A program made the translations under genes and the position numbers. Below are positions 10,250 through 22,195 of a DNA stretch of 64,000 bases, in pieces. The notes below the pieces were generated by a model. That model made no database searches, was not told the DNA's origin, and saw only the letters and a list, made by a program, of their open reading frames with translations. The stretch covers positions 10,602,001-10,666,000 of the forward strand of contig JBHGNT010000012.1 in NCBI GenBank assembly GCA_043228905.1. Direction: 5' to 3'. Position 1 is the first letter of the stretch, and the number at the start of each line of letters is the position of its first letter. Source of the stretch: Azolla caroliniana (taxonomy: Eukaryota > Plantae > Polypodiophyta).

Positions 10250-11639
10250 TGTTGTTGCTAGGGCCGGACAACAGCCTAACACAGGGTGTCCACTTAAGAC
10301 ACGTCACCAAAGGGTGGTACGGCAGAATGACTTACGGCACAACTCTTACTTAGACCTTAATCGATTACTTAGCCATACGTAATTAACACGCGTAAGATAT
10401 AACAATGAATACAGAACGGTAATCAACACTGGAAGATTAAGACAATAAGCTTTATTAATTATCCGCTCCTGATTACATTGTAACCGGGCCTTTATATAGG
10501 TCTCTGGTGCGAAATACAAAACGGTGCCAACCGGCACCTTTACGGAATCGTTCCGGATCCGGATCGGCAGACCGATTCCGGTCCGTCCGTCCACATCTTC
10601 TTATATAATAATATGTATATATTAAGACTACTAATTACAACAATTCCCGAATAATTATTCCTTTCACACTCTGGTTTGGACCTCCTTAAGCCTTCTTTGC
10701 CGGCCGGTAACACATGGCACGCCCGTGGGACAGTACCTTGTACGTCGAACCCACTATCCAGCCCTTTTACGCTTCGTCCAAAATGTCCAGAATGCTTTGC
10801 TCCAAAATTTCCAATGGCTCGTCGGGAATCTGTTGTTGTTGCTGTGGCTGCTGCTGTTGTTCCGTTTGTGGCTGTGGCTGCTGCTCCGTTTGTGGCTGTG
10901 GCTCCGTTTGTCGCTCTGGCACCGGCGTTTCCGTCGTTGGTTCCTCCGTCGGAGTTGTTTGTGGATGATTGACCCCGGCCTATTCCCCCTCTGGTCTTTG
11001 CACCAGCGACGGTTCCTCATCACTAAGGTTAACCGTTGCTGCCTTTCGCGCTTTTCCTTCCCGGAGTCGAGACCGCTCATAGCTTTCGAACTGGATTTGA
11101 GCCTCCATCCGATCATCGTCCAGTTGAGCTACGAGCTGCCGGACCTGCACCAATTGTTCATCCGCCAGGGCTGTGAAATCTTCCGCCAGCTCATCCCTGA
11201 TGGTGGTGAAGTCCTCCGAGGTCAGCATATAGCAGTCGTCGCCCTCCTTTCGCCGGTTTTCAACGTCCGCCCTAAGCAATTGGAGTTCCGCGGTATTCTG
11301 CGCCCATTTTTCCCACCAATGCACAGAGCTGTCATCAATCAAGCTTTTGGTTTTAGTGAGCCATGACCGGAGGATGCACTGGATCCGTTCGGCTCCCATC
11401 TGTGATTTATTTTCTGCGGCTTGTCGCTCTTCCTTCAATTGCTTGATGATCCGAACCGTGTCCGCCTCCTGCTCCCTATAATGTGACAATTGAGTTTGAT
11501 AGGTTGTTTGCAACCTTTATAGTACCATTGTCGTTCTTTCCTTGTCTTCATGGTTCTGTTTGTGGAGCTCCATCCGGTCATTTGCCGCTTCCTCCAATAG
11601 CCTGGAAATTTTCGCTCGTTCTTCGGCGAGTGCCGTTGT
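10250..11639 (-). mobile_element. 3' end of Athila-like Gypsy element C: coiled-coil extra ORF remnant plus 3' LTR (10250-10712)
   Basis: LTR homologous to that of B; ORF 10980-11513 is coiled-coil-like; the pre-LTR motif is shared with element D. Confidence 0.8.
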
Positions 11640-12860
11640 GGCCCGAGCCACAATCAGGCTCCCTTTGCTGAACTTCATGACACCATTCCGGATGCTACCC
11701 GTGTAGCCTTCATCATCTAGCCGACCGGCTGATATCAGGTTCAGACGAACTTCCGGAACGTGTCGGACATCCTTCAGCAGCATCTTGCATCCGGTTGGTG
11801 TTGTCAACCACACGTCTCCCATGCCGACAATTCGGCATGTACCTTCATTCCCCATCCTGACACATCCGTGGTCACCGGCTGAGTAGGATGAGAAGCATTT
11901 CCGGTCCGGGGTAAGGTGGAACGACGCTCCGGAGTCTACCACCCAGGTCATCTCGTCGCCGGCAAGGTTTATTTCACTCTCCTCGGTGATGAGCATCAAC
12001 TCTTCTTCACTTGCCGCGATTGCCGTCGTTCCGTTCCAGTCCGTCCCCTTCCGATCTTTACCGTTCCGGTCCGGGGTCCACTTCGAATCGGTACCGTCGG
12101 TTTCCTTGTCTTTACGGAAATGTCGACAGTTCTTTTGGAAGTGTCCCGGCTTGCCACAATAGAAGCAAGTAGGTCTCCCCCTTGACTTTGACCGTGTCCC
12201 CGACTTGTCCCGGTTCTGGGGACTACGGTTTCTCTGTCTTCCGCGTTCCGATTCGGTAAGGAGCGCTTTGGAGTCAGAGCTCGTATCTTTGTCTTTCCGA
12301 CGCGCCTCCTCATCCAGCAAGCTCGACTTTACTCTTGCTAGGGATAACCGTTTTCCTTCCGGCCCGGCATTGCCCAAAGTGACAACCAACGTCTCCCAGC
12401 TATCCGGGAGGGAACCGAGCAGGAGTAGCGCTAGTACGTCATCGGCAAGAGGTACTTCCAATGACATTGCCTGGTGTATCAGCCCCTGGAAGGCATTCAT
12501 GTGCTCCACCATGCTGGAGCCATCTTGGTACCGGAGTCTTACTAGCTTCCGAAATACCGACACCTGATTGACAGCATTTTTGTTCTGGAACATTATGCCG
12601 ATCTTCTCCCAGAGCTCATGAGCCTTGCTCTCTTCATTGAAGTTGTTGTATAGGCTCATGTCGATGAAGCACCGTATGTACGCCGTTGTCTTCATGTGCA
12701 TCACCTCCCATATCGCGGCGTCGATTTTGTCCGGTCTCTTGTCCCCGAACTGAACCGGCAGCCAGAGGTCTTTAACAACGAGCATGTCCCTCATCTTCGA
12801 CTTCCACACTGAATAGTTGGAGCCGGTGAGCTTGAACATGCCGCCAAACGATTCGTCCAT
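11517..12860 (-). CDS. gag: Copia gag-PR of element E, fused in frame to the extra ORF of element C
   Basis: MDESFGGMFKLTGSNYSVWK, LLGSLPDSW, CFYCGKPGHFQKNC, WVVDSGASFH; Copia homology stops at KGSLIVARA, then TTALAEERAK…. Confidence 0.85.
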   Translation of the reverse strand: MDESFGGMFKLTGSNYSVWKSKMRDMLVVKDLWLPVQFGDKRPDKIDAAIWEVMHMKTTAYIRCFIDMSLYNNFNEESKAHELWEKIGIMFQNKNAVNQVSVFRKLVRLRYQDGSSMVEHMNAFQGLIHQAMSLEVPLADDVLALLLLGSLPDSWETLVVTLGNAGPEGKRLSLARVKSSLLDEEARRKDKDTSSDSKALLTESERGRQRNRSPQNRDKSGTRSKSRGRPTCFYCGKPGHFQKNCRHFRKDKETDGTDSKWTPDRNGKDRKGTDWNGTTAIAASEEELMLITEESEINLAGDEMTWVVDSGASFHLTPDRKCFSSYSAGDHGCVRMGNEGTCRIVGMGDVWLTTPTGCKMLLKDVRHVPEVRLNLISAGRLDDEGYTGSIRNGVMKFSKGSLIVARATTALAEERAKISRLLEEAANDRMELHKQNHEDKERTTMVL

Positions 12861-13500
12861 TTTCTGTGTCAATTTCGCTCTGATACCACTTGACAGGAAC
12901 TAGACGTTCCTTATGCGCAACGCTCGGCCACAACCGAGATTCTTTTCATACACAGAAAACGGGAAATAGAACACGACACAAAGAGGAGAAAGAATACACA
13001 GGAGGTTAACGTGGAAAACCCCAAACTAGGGGAAAAACCACGGCAGCCCACGGGCTGCAAACTGTCACTATGTAAGAATGTACAAAACAGTGAGTTCACG
13101 GAGGCAACGACCTCGTGCTCACGCTCTTTGCCACAGGCGGCGGTTACAACAGAGGCAACGACCTCGTCTCTCTCTCTCTCTCTCTGTACAGTTACGCACT
13201 CTCTCTTCTTCTTGCACCAACAAAGAAAAAATGACGACAACCATTAGTTTGCCCTAAGTCATATTTATACTAATATGACTTTTTAGCTATTTACAAATAT
13301 AGCCACGATGGGCTCTCAGAAACATATTTACGAATATGTCTCTTCCTCTGGTTCATACCGGGTCTGCACCATCCGGCTCTCCGTAGCCGGGTACTCCTCA
13401 TCCGGTTCGTACCGGGCCTGCACCATCCGGCTCTCCATAGCCGGGTACTCCTCATATGGTTTCTTCTCCCTTCCCATCCGGAGGGACCTGTCTCCCAACA
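11640..13500 (-). mobile_element. 5' part of Tork-like Copia element E: LTR 12891-13500, PBS tRNA-iMet 12877-12888
   Basis: TGTTGGGA…TGTCA LTR, then AG-TGGTATCAGAGC and gag. Confidence 0.92.
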
Positions 13501-13656
13501 GATATGAATACATTAAGCTAATCTTAAATAATTGTTTTACTAGTTTTCATATCGTGTGTGAAAAAACACACAACATTTATCGATATGAATACATTACGCT
13601 AATCTTAAATAATTGTTTTACTAGTTTTCATATCGTGTGTGAAAAACCACACGACA
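13501..13656 (+). repeat. 3' tip of a Gypsy LTR (family of solo LTR J), duplicated in tandem with an 81-bp period
   Basis: Two copies of GATATGAATACATT…CCACACGACA matching ~31171-31244. Confidence 0.8.
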
Positions 13657-14752
13657 CTGTGTGGTTGTCCTCTACTAGGAGCATCGATTGTAAGTCAAAA
13701 AGCAACAGCATATTCTCCCTCGTACAGACCGCAGTTTGGAAAGCTCCGAACTTCGACGCTAACCCTCCGAGGTAGACCTCCACCAATTCGTCCTCCTCGA
13801 CGTTTACATTGACAGAGGCGAGAGAGTCGCAGATGTCCTTGATCTTGGAGGTGTAGTTAGTCACCGACGTATCTCGTTGTCGAACATTGCTCAACTCTTG
13901 CCTGAGTTGGAGCTTTCTGGTTGTGGTGCTCCCGGCGAAAATCTTTTTCAGATTTCCCCAAGCATCCTTCGGCGTCTTCACATCCCGAATGTAGCTCAGA
14001 AGTTGATTGCTCACACAGGATGCGAAGCAGTAGAGAACTCTGATTGCCGCCTGTTCCCAGGTCGGGAAATCTCTGTGTGTCGATTCGGGTGTTGCGTCAT
14101 TATTTCCATCGATGTAACTCCAGTAGCCATGCCCGAGCAGGTACTGGTGCATCTTGTATGACCAAGATGCATAGTTGCTTTTGTCGAGCTTCTCCGTCGG
14201 AAGTGAGCTAGCCATTCCTCTTTCTAATCTTTTCTTCTTCTGTTCTTTCATTGTGATTAGGTTCTGTCTGTTTGTCGGTAGCAAAGGATCTCAACCGTCG
14301 CGCTCTGATACCATGAAAAAGAATACGTGTGGAAGCTTAACAGACACAACCGGGTAACAACAGACAAAAGACAAAGAGGATGAGGAAGGTTTAATGGAAA
14401 GCTTAATCAACACAGCGTATGCTGAAGAGACAGAGAGAGCAGAACACAGAAAACTCTATTACAAAACAATACTCTTAAACTTTGTACATAGGATGTGCTT
14501 AGAGAGCACTTTTATACAAGTCCATACAGACTGACAAAAGTATTGACACGTACTTCAATGCTCATCAATGAGCCCCTACACTAACCCCCAAAATATATTC
14601 CTCTACGCAATATCTATCCAACGGCCTCCCGATTTACGCACCGCTACGGCCTCTCGTTGCGCGCCAGGTGTACGCACCCAGTCTACGCACGGGTTTACGC
14701 ACCCAGTCTACGCACGGGTTTACGCACCCAATGTTGAGCTTGTATCTCAACA
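13657..14752 (-). mobile_element. 5' part of Copia element F: LTR 14314-14752, PBS iMet 14302-14313, gag fragment
   Basis: TGGTATCAGAGC abuts the LTR; gag MASSLPTEKLDKSNYASWSYKMHQYLLGHGYW; LTR homologous to 36151-36573. Confidence 0.9.
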
Positions 14753-17700
14753 GACAAGTTAGCCAGAAACATATTACCAAGCCTTATTATGAGTGGTGGT
14801 TATTGAAGGGTCATTAATAGTATATTCTATTCTTAACGTCACTCTTTCTCGAGTTATGGAACACTTTCACACAAGAGCTTTTTCAGTCCGTTTTCCTCAC
14901 ACAAAGAAGCATAGACAAACCCTAGCATACAAAAAAGCACAGGAGAACAGAGAGAAGCATACACAAGCACATGCAAACAAAGCGAGAAGCAGCGAAGCGC
15001 AGACGAACAACCGACTCTCTGGTTCCTCCATAGAACACAGAGAGGTCGCTAACATAGAAGAAGAGCAAGAAAACATGTTGATGCAAGTCTTAGAACACTT
15101 GTGTAACTGGTTGTAGACAAACGGGTTGGAGGGCTACCTTCAAGTAGCAGATGCAGAACCTCACCCGTAGGCAGTAGATTGACGTCAAGAAAATCACCAA
15201 CAAACAGGTGTGTCGATTATTGAAGTTGAAAAAAGAAGGGTATAATGAGATGGATGCAATCAAACCGGAGATTCTGTAGTCCTATTTTGGAGAATACTCT
15301 CCATTGTCAAAAGCTTACAGGACACAAGGGGGTGATGATGTATTCTTCCATGATGTGGCAAAATTTCTGTTAGAAGCGGCTTGTGTCAGTCCCATATCAT
15401 ATTGCATGCCCAAAAAAAGGGTAGGATTTATCATTGCAACATATAAGGGGGAGGGGGGAAATCAATTGGGGATGGATTGCAGGGATCGCGCTCCGAGAAC
15501 AATTACATTGGGTTCAAAAGGGAAAACCCATGAAGCCAATTATCGCATGGTGGCTAGCTGTATTGTGCCCTATGCCAATAGTTGAGATAGGATGTAAGAC
15601 CCCAAGAAGGGCGAAGGGGCAATCATCACAGGCACTCCCACAACAATCGGCAAGAAGAACAATATTGACAAGGCCACAAGAAACGTGGCAGGAACCGGAG
15701 CCCACACCCAACAACAACCCGAGCCGAGAAACAAAAACCAAGCCGACACTCGACACCCAAGCCGAGCAACAAAAGCCAGTCGACCACAAACAGAATTAGG
15801 GACGAGACCATCACCACGTCCTAATCAGAGAAGTTGGTCGGCATCACAAAGAGCTGCTACTGAACAGAATTAAGAAGAGAGTTGGCCGACAAAAAGGACT
15901 AGAGTCGAGCAACAGTAGTCAGTCGAACAACCCAAACATAGAAGAACACCGACTACAACGCTGAAACCAGTCGAACATGTTCCAAAACCCACTCTGGAGA
16001 GGGGGAAGGCATCGGCAATATCACCAAATGGGGTCCTTAGCCTATCCGACATCCACCATCGGCCCATAAATTCGTAGCCTTACTACAGTTCGGCACATCA
16101 TACGAACTGGTGGATTGGCTAGCTAAGCAATTACAATTCGCCTCTAATCAATTAGCGCAAGAACATAAGGATCGGGAAATGATCCAGAGGGCCATGCTCA
16201 GAGCACTAGAGCCAGAGGAGGAAAGGAAGCTACAAAGGATCGCTCGACAACAAGACACTAGAAACAAAGGTATGGCGATTCAAATGCCTCCTCTCAATAC
16301 AGCTCTTATTGAAGTGCACCAGGAGTTAGTAAAAACCACTAAGCGGCAAAAGAAATTGCCGAATTTTGCAAGAGGACCACAAAGACGTCCAACCTGATGC
16401 ACATACAGTGGTCAACAGCCAAAAAGTTCAATGAAGAGTTATTGGCCTGACTCCAACAAGCCGAAGCAAAGCTGAAGGAAGCGGAAGAACATCTCCAAAC
16501 ATGCGACTATGTTGGGATCCCACATGTACCAGACCGACAATTATGGGATCAACTTCAGGAAAAGGAGAAGTTAGCCAAAAGTGCCAACAAGAGGAATGAA
16601 GCAGCCGAATCAAAGGTACAACGAATGAAAGGATGACAGCAAATGGCCCAAAGACAACTAGAAGCACTATTTTAGGCCAAGCAGGACGAAGTAACTGACC
16701 TTAATTGGCAACTACAACAACAGATGGCGGATATGAAAGAAGAACAAGGGAAGATAGATGAGCTCAAGTTGTATATTAAAATGCATGAGGAGCATTATGG
16801 GAACCACACGGCCCAGCTTGAAATGGAACAGGCAGCACTGACTACGAAATATGATCAATTGGCTGAGAAGTACGAACAAAAGAGGCTTGCACTATTGGTG
16901 GCAGAAGCGAAACTGCAATTTGACCCAGGCTCAGCAGAACTTCAAATTGCCGAAATGCGAAAGGAACTGGCCACTATGCAATATAGACTCAGCATGGGAG
17001 AGGAAAAAGTGTGCCTCATCTTATCTAGGCACAAGGCCAAGACACGCCAAATGGTCACCAAATTCCTGGACAATGGCTAGAAGACCTAGTCAGCTCAAGC
17101 TGCTGAATTACAATTGTTACGAGCAGACCACGAGAACAGGAAGCAACAAGGTTAGGGCTTCTTCAAAATGGATGAAGCTGCTATCGCCACGGTCCAAGAA
17201 GAGCTCGCCAATGACATCTACAAGCTTTCAACGCACCAAGCTTATGGAAGACTACAATGACCAACAAATGGCAGCTGCGGTGGAGCTTGACACCTATGAG
17301 AAGGAACATCGTCAACATCAAGGAGAACTAGAGGGAAATGATAGCGCCAAACCAACTTAGGGCGAGTTTAGCCAAACATTACCAATGAGTGACACACATC
17401 AAGAAGAAGAAACTGAGTTCCAGGAGGCTAAGGTAGAATCGACATTGCGGACAAAGCAGAAGCCTAACACAAACAAACCACAAAATCTGACCGATGCAGA
17501 AGTTCAAGAAGAGGAGGAGCCAAATCTATTCGACATAGTGAACGAGGAAGCGAGTGAAATAGACGAAGACGACCCAATTGATGATGAGTAGGTTGCCGAC
17601 AATGATGAAGAGGACGACCAAGAGTAAAAGGGTGGGGTTCGACCATGCAAGGCACTGTCCCACGGGTGTGCCATGTGTTGGTCAGTTGGCTACTTGAAGG

Positions 17701-18046
17701 ATAAAGGTCGACAAGTAGGAGTTGGAGACAGACAGTATGAAAAGATAGAATTAAAAATGCAATCTCGCCAAGTATAAAAAATATAGTAATTTAAGAAATA
17801 GGACAGTTTTGTATAACTATAGGTTCTTGCTGAACATGCAAGTGTAAAATATTGGAGAAGTATCTCAAGTCATCAATAAAAAGGGACCAAGAGCATTGTA
17901 TTATCATCGATCTATTTAGTTAATATAGTTTTGGTAGTTAGAGTATTTGTTGCGTCGACTGTTCTATTCTAGTTCATTCTTCTATATGATTACTATGTCG
18001 AATGTTCGAACCTATTCTCTGATACACAGATTATGTTTAACTAACA
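14753..18046 (+). mobile_element. 3' part of a diverged Athila-like Gypsy element D: decayed extra ORF and probable 3' LTR 17676-~18046
   Basis: GEYSPLSKAYRTQGGDDVFFHDVAK matches the extra ORF of B; coiled-coil and acidic tail; same pre-LTR motif as C; LTR right end uncertain. Confidence 0.72.
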
Positions 18047-18932
18047 GTAGGTCAGGATCGTATGTTCTAAGCCTAGTATTAGGTTCTGGGTGATTGTGAT
18101 TTATAGAGAGCTCTGAGTGCATACTAGTGTTGACCAATACCATATCTCCAACCACAATCATCTTGGTAGAAAGTTCTCGGAAGTAAGACGTTTGACCCAT
18201 TGTGTTTGTTGGCAGAGGAACTCCACAATGTTGCAAGAACAACGAGTGATGTTGGAGATCGTAGCGGCAATAGTGCGGCTCATGCAGCCGAATGGACAAT
18301 TCAAAGGAAAGGATGTGTCACGTTATCTACGGTACTACAAGGTAGAGATGTTGCGGTGCAGGATATCGGAAGGGTTCCAAGTGACATCCTTCAATCGGGT
18401 GGCTAAGGATAGGCTTCAAGGGAGCATCTACGAGATATGGATACAATGAAGAAATGATGAAAATGACATACGCCATTGAAGACTCCTCCAAGGCAATGTG
18501 GAGGGGATTCGAAGATTGGGTGGTGTTGAGAGTCGAACTCAACTTCCCATAGCAATAGGTTTCACACTAGCTCATGGTTATACCAGGCTAGTTTTGTAAA
18601 TAGTAGAAAGGGCACCTACCCTAGTTTAGTTGCTATTTAAACCAACCCCTTGTAACTTAGTTACTGTTGGACATATTTTGGTTAATGTAACATACAGTCT
18701 TTTATCTTTGTCTTAAGCTCTCTCTCTCTCTCTCTCTCTTTGTTTTGCCTTACGTACACACACACACACAATCCTTCCGATGCATCTCAACCACTCTTGC
18801 TCCTCATTTCTTTACATGGTATCAGAGCATGTGGTTGCTTAATCGAATCTATTCAACTGTGTTGTGGTACACGTTGACGATCAACAGAACCGGCTCATCA
18901 ACAAAGAAGAAATCGACATAAGGAACACTTAG

Positions 18933-21900
18933 ATGGGAAGCGCTCTTCCTACCGAGAAGCTTGTAGGAACAAAATTCACATCTTGGGAATACAAGATGCA
19001 TCAATACCTTGTTGGACAAGGTTACTGGAGCTACATTGAAGGAGCTCATGAAAATCAACCCAACCCAACACACGCCGACTATCCCGCTTGGGAGCAGGCC
19101 GCAAGCCGTGTGTTGTATTGCCTTGCATCATGTGTTCATGATCACATGCTTGGCTATATTCGAGATTCGAAAACACCAAAAGAAGCTTGAGGAAACCTCA
19201 AGAAGATTTTTGCGGCCAACACGCCTGCTCGAAAGCTCCAACTTCGACAGGAGCTAAATAACATGCAACAGAGGGACATGTTGATCACAAGTTATACCTT
19301 AAAGATCAAGGAGCTATGCGATGCCCTCAATTCAATTAAATGTTGTAATCAACAATGACGAGATTGTGCAAATATGCCTTGGCGGCTTAGCACCTTGATT
19401 TGGCTCGATTAGATCGGCCGTGGAAATAGAGGTCGATTCGAACAAGGCCGTAATGGTCAGCTGACTCAAGAGCGTAACTCCCACCAATGACAAGTGGACA
19501 TGAACGGTCCCAAAGAGTTCGGCAGAAGGGGGAGTCATTACACCGGACCAAGCAATCGTAATACCCCGATCGAATGCGGGTACTGTGGAAAACACGACCA
19601 CTATGAAGAGGAGTGCCAAAAAAAGGTACAAGACTCGGCTTAAACTAGCTGACAACTCACGAATTACGCATCGAATTCTGACTACGAGGATCATAGCAGA
19701 ATGTTTACAAATTACGCCATGAATTCCGACTATGGCAACCGTGGCGGAATGTTTGTAATGAGGCACGACGCACATGCTTCAACTAGCATCCAACCACATG
19801 ACATATGGTTTCTTGACTCGGGAGCATCCAACCACATGACGTTTCATGAAGATTGGTTTAGGGAATTACGAAAACCCGAATGACCCGGATATGTCGAGAC
19901 AGGCGATGACATGACGCATCCAATACAGCATATCGGGAACGTCCCATTCGGAAACAATGGCAAACAAACCTACCTCAAGAACGTACTGCATGTCCCTACC
20001 ATCACGAAAAACCTGGTCTCGGTCTGCCAGATTGTCGAATAAGGAATGCAGGTACGATTCAACAATGATGGGTGCTTTATCGAAAGAGGAGATCAAGTCG
20101 TAGCTCACGGCCATCATGAAGGCCGTATGTTTGTCCTCGAATCGAACGATGTAAAATCGGCCATGTTTGCAAAGGGCCTCAAAGTCGAAACCAACCTAAA
20201 CTTGTGGCACAAGAGAATTGGTCACATCAATCTCCATAAGCTTCAGAACATGCAATCAAAAGGAGTCATAATCGGACTCCCAAACTTTACCGCGAAGGAG
20301 ATTATGGGCGTATGCGAAGCGTGCCAGTTCGGAAAGCAACGCCGACATCCATTCCCAAAAGAGCGGAATGTGAGCAAAGGGATCCTGGATGTCGTCCATT
20401 CATATGTAAGGGGACCGACCCAGATAAGCACACTCGGCGGATGCCGATATTACATCACGTTCATCGACGACTTCTCCAGGCACACTTGGATCTACCCGAT
20501 GAGACAGAAGAGTGAAGTGATCGAACACTTCCAGAGGTTCAAGGCCGAAGTCAAAAAAACTACGGGTTGGCACGTACGCTGCCTTCGATCGGATGGAGGC
20601 AAAGAATACTTTTCAGATGAGTTTACGGCGTATCTTCGAAAGGAAGGAATTTGACAAGAATTCTCATGCCATCACACACCTCAACAGAACGGCGTAGCTG
20701 AGCGTAAAAATCGGCACATAGTAGAAGTCGCGCGGGCTATGATGAATGAGAAGAACTTGCCGAAATTGTACTGGGCAGAAGCGGCGAACACGGCTGTATA
20801 CCTCATGAATAGGTGCACAGCCTTGGGAGTACACGATGTAACTCCTCATGAGAAGTTCTTTGGAAAAAAGCTGGACTTATCACATGTCCGCATTTTTGGC
20901 TCTATCGCCTACGTACATATTCCCGACGATACACGACAAAAGCTCTACCCGCAGTCGGAGAAATGTATCCTCGTAGGATACTCACTTGAACAAAAGGGGT
21001 ACAAATGCTACAATCCATCTACCCAAAAATCTCAAACAAGTTGAGACATAGTCTTCGACGAGTCCGCATTCTAGTACGCACCAGAAACAACTTCGACTCT
21101 GACTCTGCTCGACCCAGAATCCGCCGAAATGGAGATAGAAGACGAAGATTGGCTCACATGCATGTACGAAGAAAGCTCGATTGCGACACGGCTTAGTGGA
21201 CCACGGGAGCCCCCGAGTGACCAAAGCACATTTCGACAAAGTCCGAAACTCGACAAAGGGAAGGCCAAGATGTTCGAATACGAATATCCAATCGACAACG
21301 CATCAACTCACTCCCTTGACAGGAAGTTCGAAGGCCTGGACATCCCAATCATCCAGATAGATGGAGAGAAGAAAGCCATAGTATCCACAAACGAGAAGCT
21401 CCGCCGATCAACCAGTGAAAAGAACCCCCTAAGCCGTTTCGGCTAAAATGATTATATGGCATACCATTATGCCTTCATGACGAAGGTAGCATCAATACGG
21501 GAGCCAGAGACGCTTTCCGAAGTCATAAAGGATCTGCGATGGGTCGATGCGATGAATGAAGAAATGCAACCCCTATGCAAAAATGAGACATGGGATCTTG
21601 TTCCTCACACGCCGAACAAGAAAGCAATTGGCTGCGGTGGATTTACAAAGTGAAACACAATGTCGACAGCTTCGTAAATCGCTTTAAAGCACGACTTTTT
21701 GCGAAAGGATACGCGCAAACGCACGGCATAGACTACGAAGAGACCTCTGCCCAAGTGGCAAATATGACAACTATGCGAACCTTAATTGCAATCGCGGCAG
21801 CAAAAGGGTGGCATCTCCACCAGATGGACGTCAAGAACGTCTTTCTTCAAGACGAATTGGAAGAGGAGGTGTACATGATTCAACCACCCGGTTTTGAATC

Positions 21901-21989
21901 GCACAATCATCTGAACGTCGTGCGCCGACTCAAGACGCCTCTCTACGACCTCAAACAAGCACCACGTACGTGGCACTCAAAGATCACGC
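18933..21989 (+). pseudogene. Copia G gag-PR-INT-RT (5' part), many stops
   Basis: MGSALPTEKL, CGYCGKHDHYEEEC, WFLDSGASNHM, LWHKRIGH, FIDDFSR, LRSDGGKEY, HQMDVKNVFL. Confidence 0.9.
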
Positions 21990-22066
21990 TGTCGTAGTGT
22001 AGGTTGCACACTATGTGGAAATTATATTTTTGTCCCTCCGGATAGAGAATGGAGTGCTCGGTGAGA

Positions 22067-22195
22067 ACCGGAAGAAAACGGCAACCGGCAAGGAAGAAAA
22101 CGGCATACCGGCAAGGAGGAAAAACGGCATACCGGCAAGGAGGAAAACGGCATACCGGCAAGGAAGAAAACGGCATACCGGCAAGGAAGAGCCGG
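22067..22195 (+). repeat. ~23-bp tandem array in U3 of element I (also ~28597-28725)
   Basis: About five units of CCGGCAAGGARGAAAACGGCATA. Confidence 0.9.

Noticed and set aside
10250-10731. Reading LTR C as a plus-strand 5' LTR with an ordinary Tat PBS
   Set aside because: TATA, AATAAA, the PBS before gag in B and all ORFs indicate minus orientation, placing this motif at the PPT position
10714-10968. Cys-rich metallothionein-like ORF (CCCCCGCCCCSVCGCG)
   Set aside because: Antisense reading of a low-complexity repeat in the extra ORF of element C
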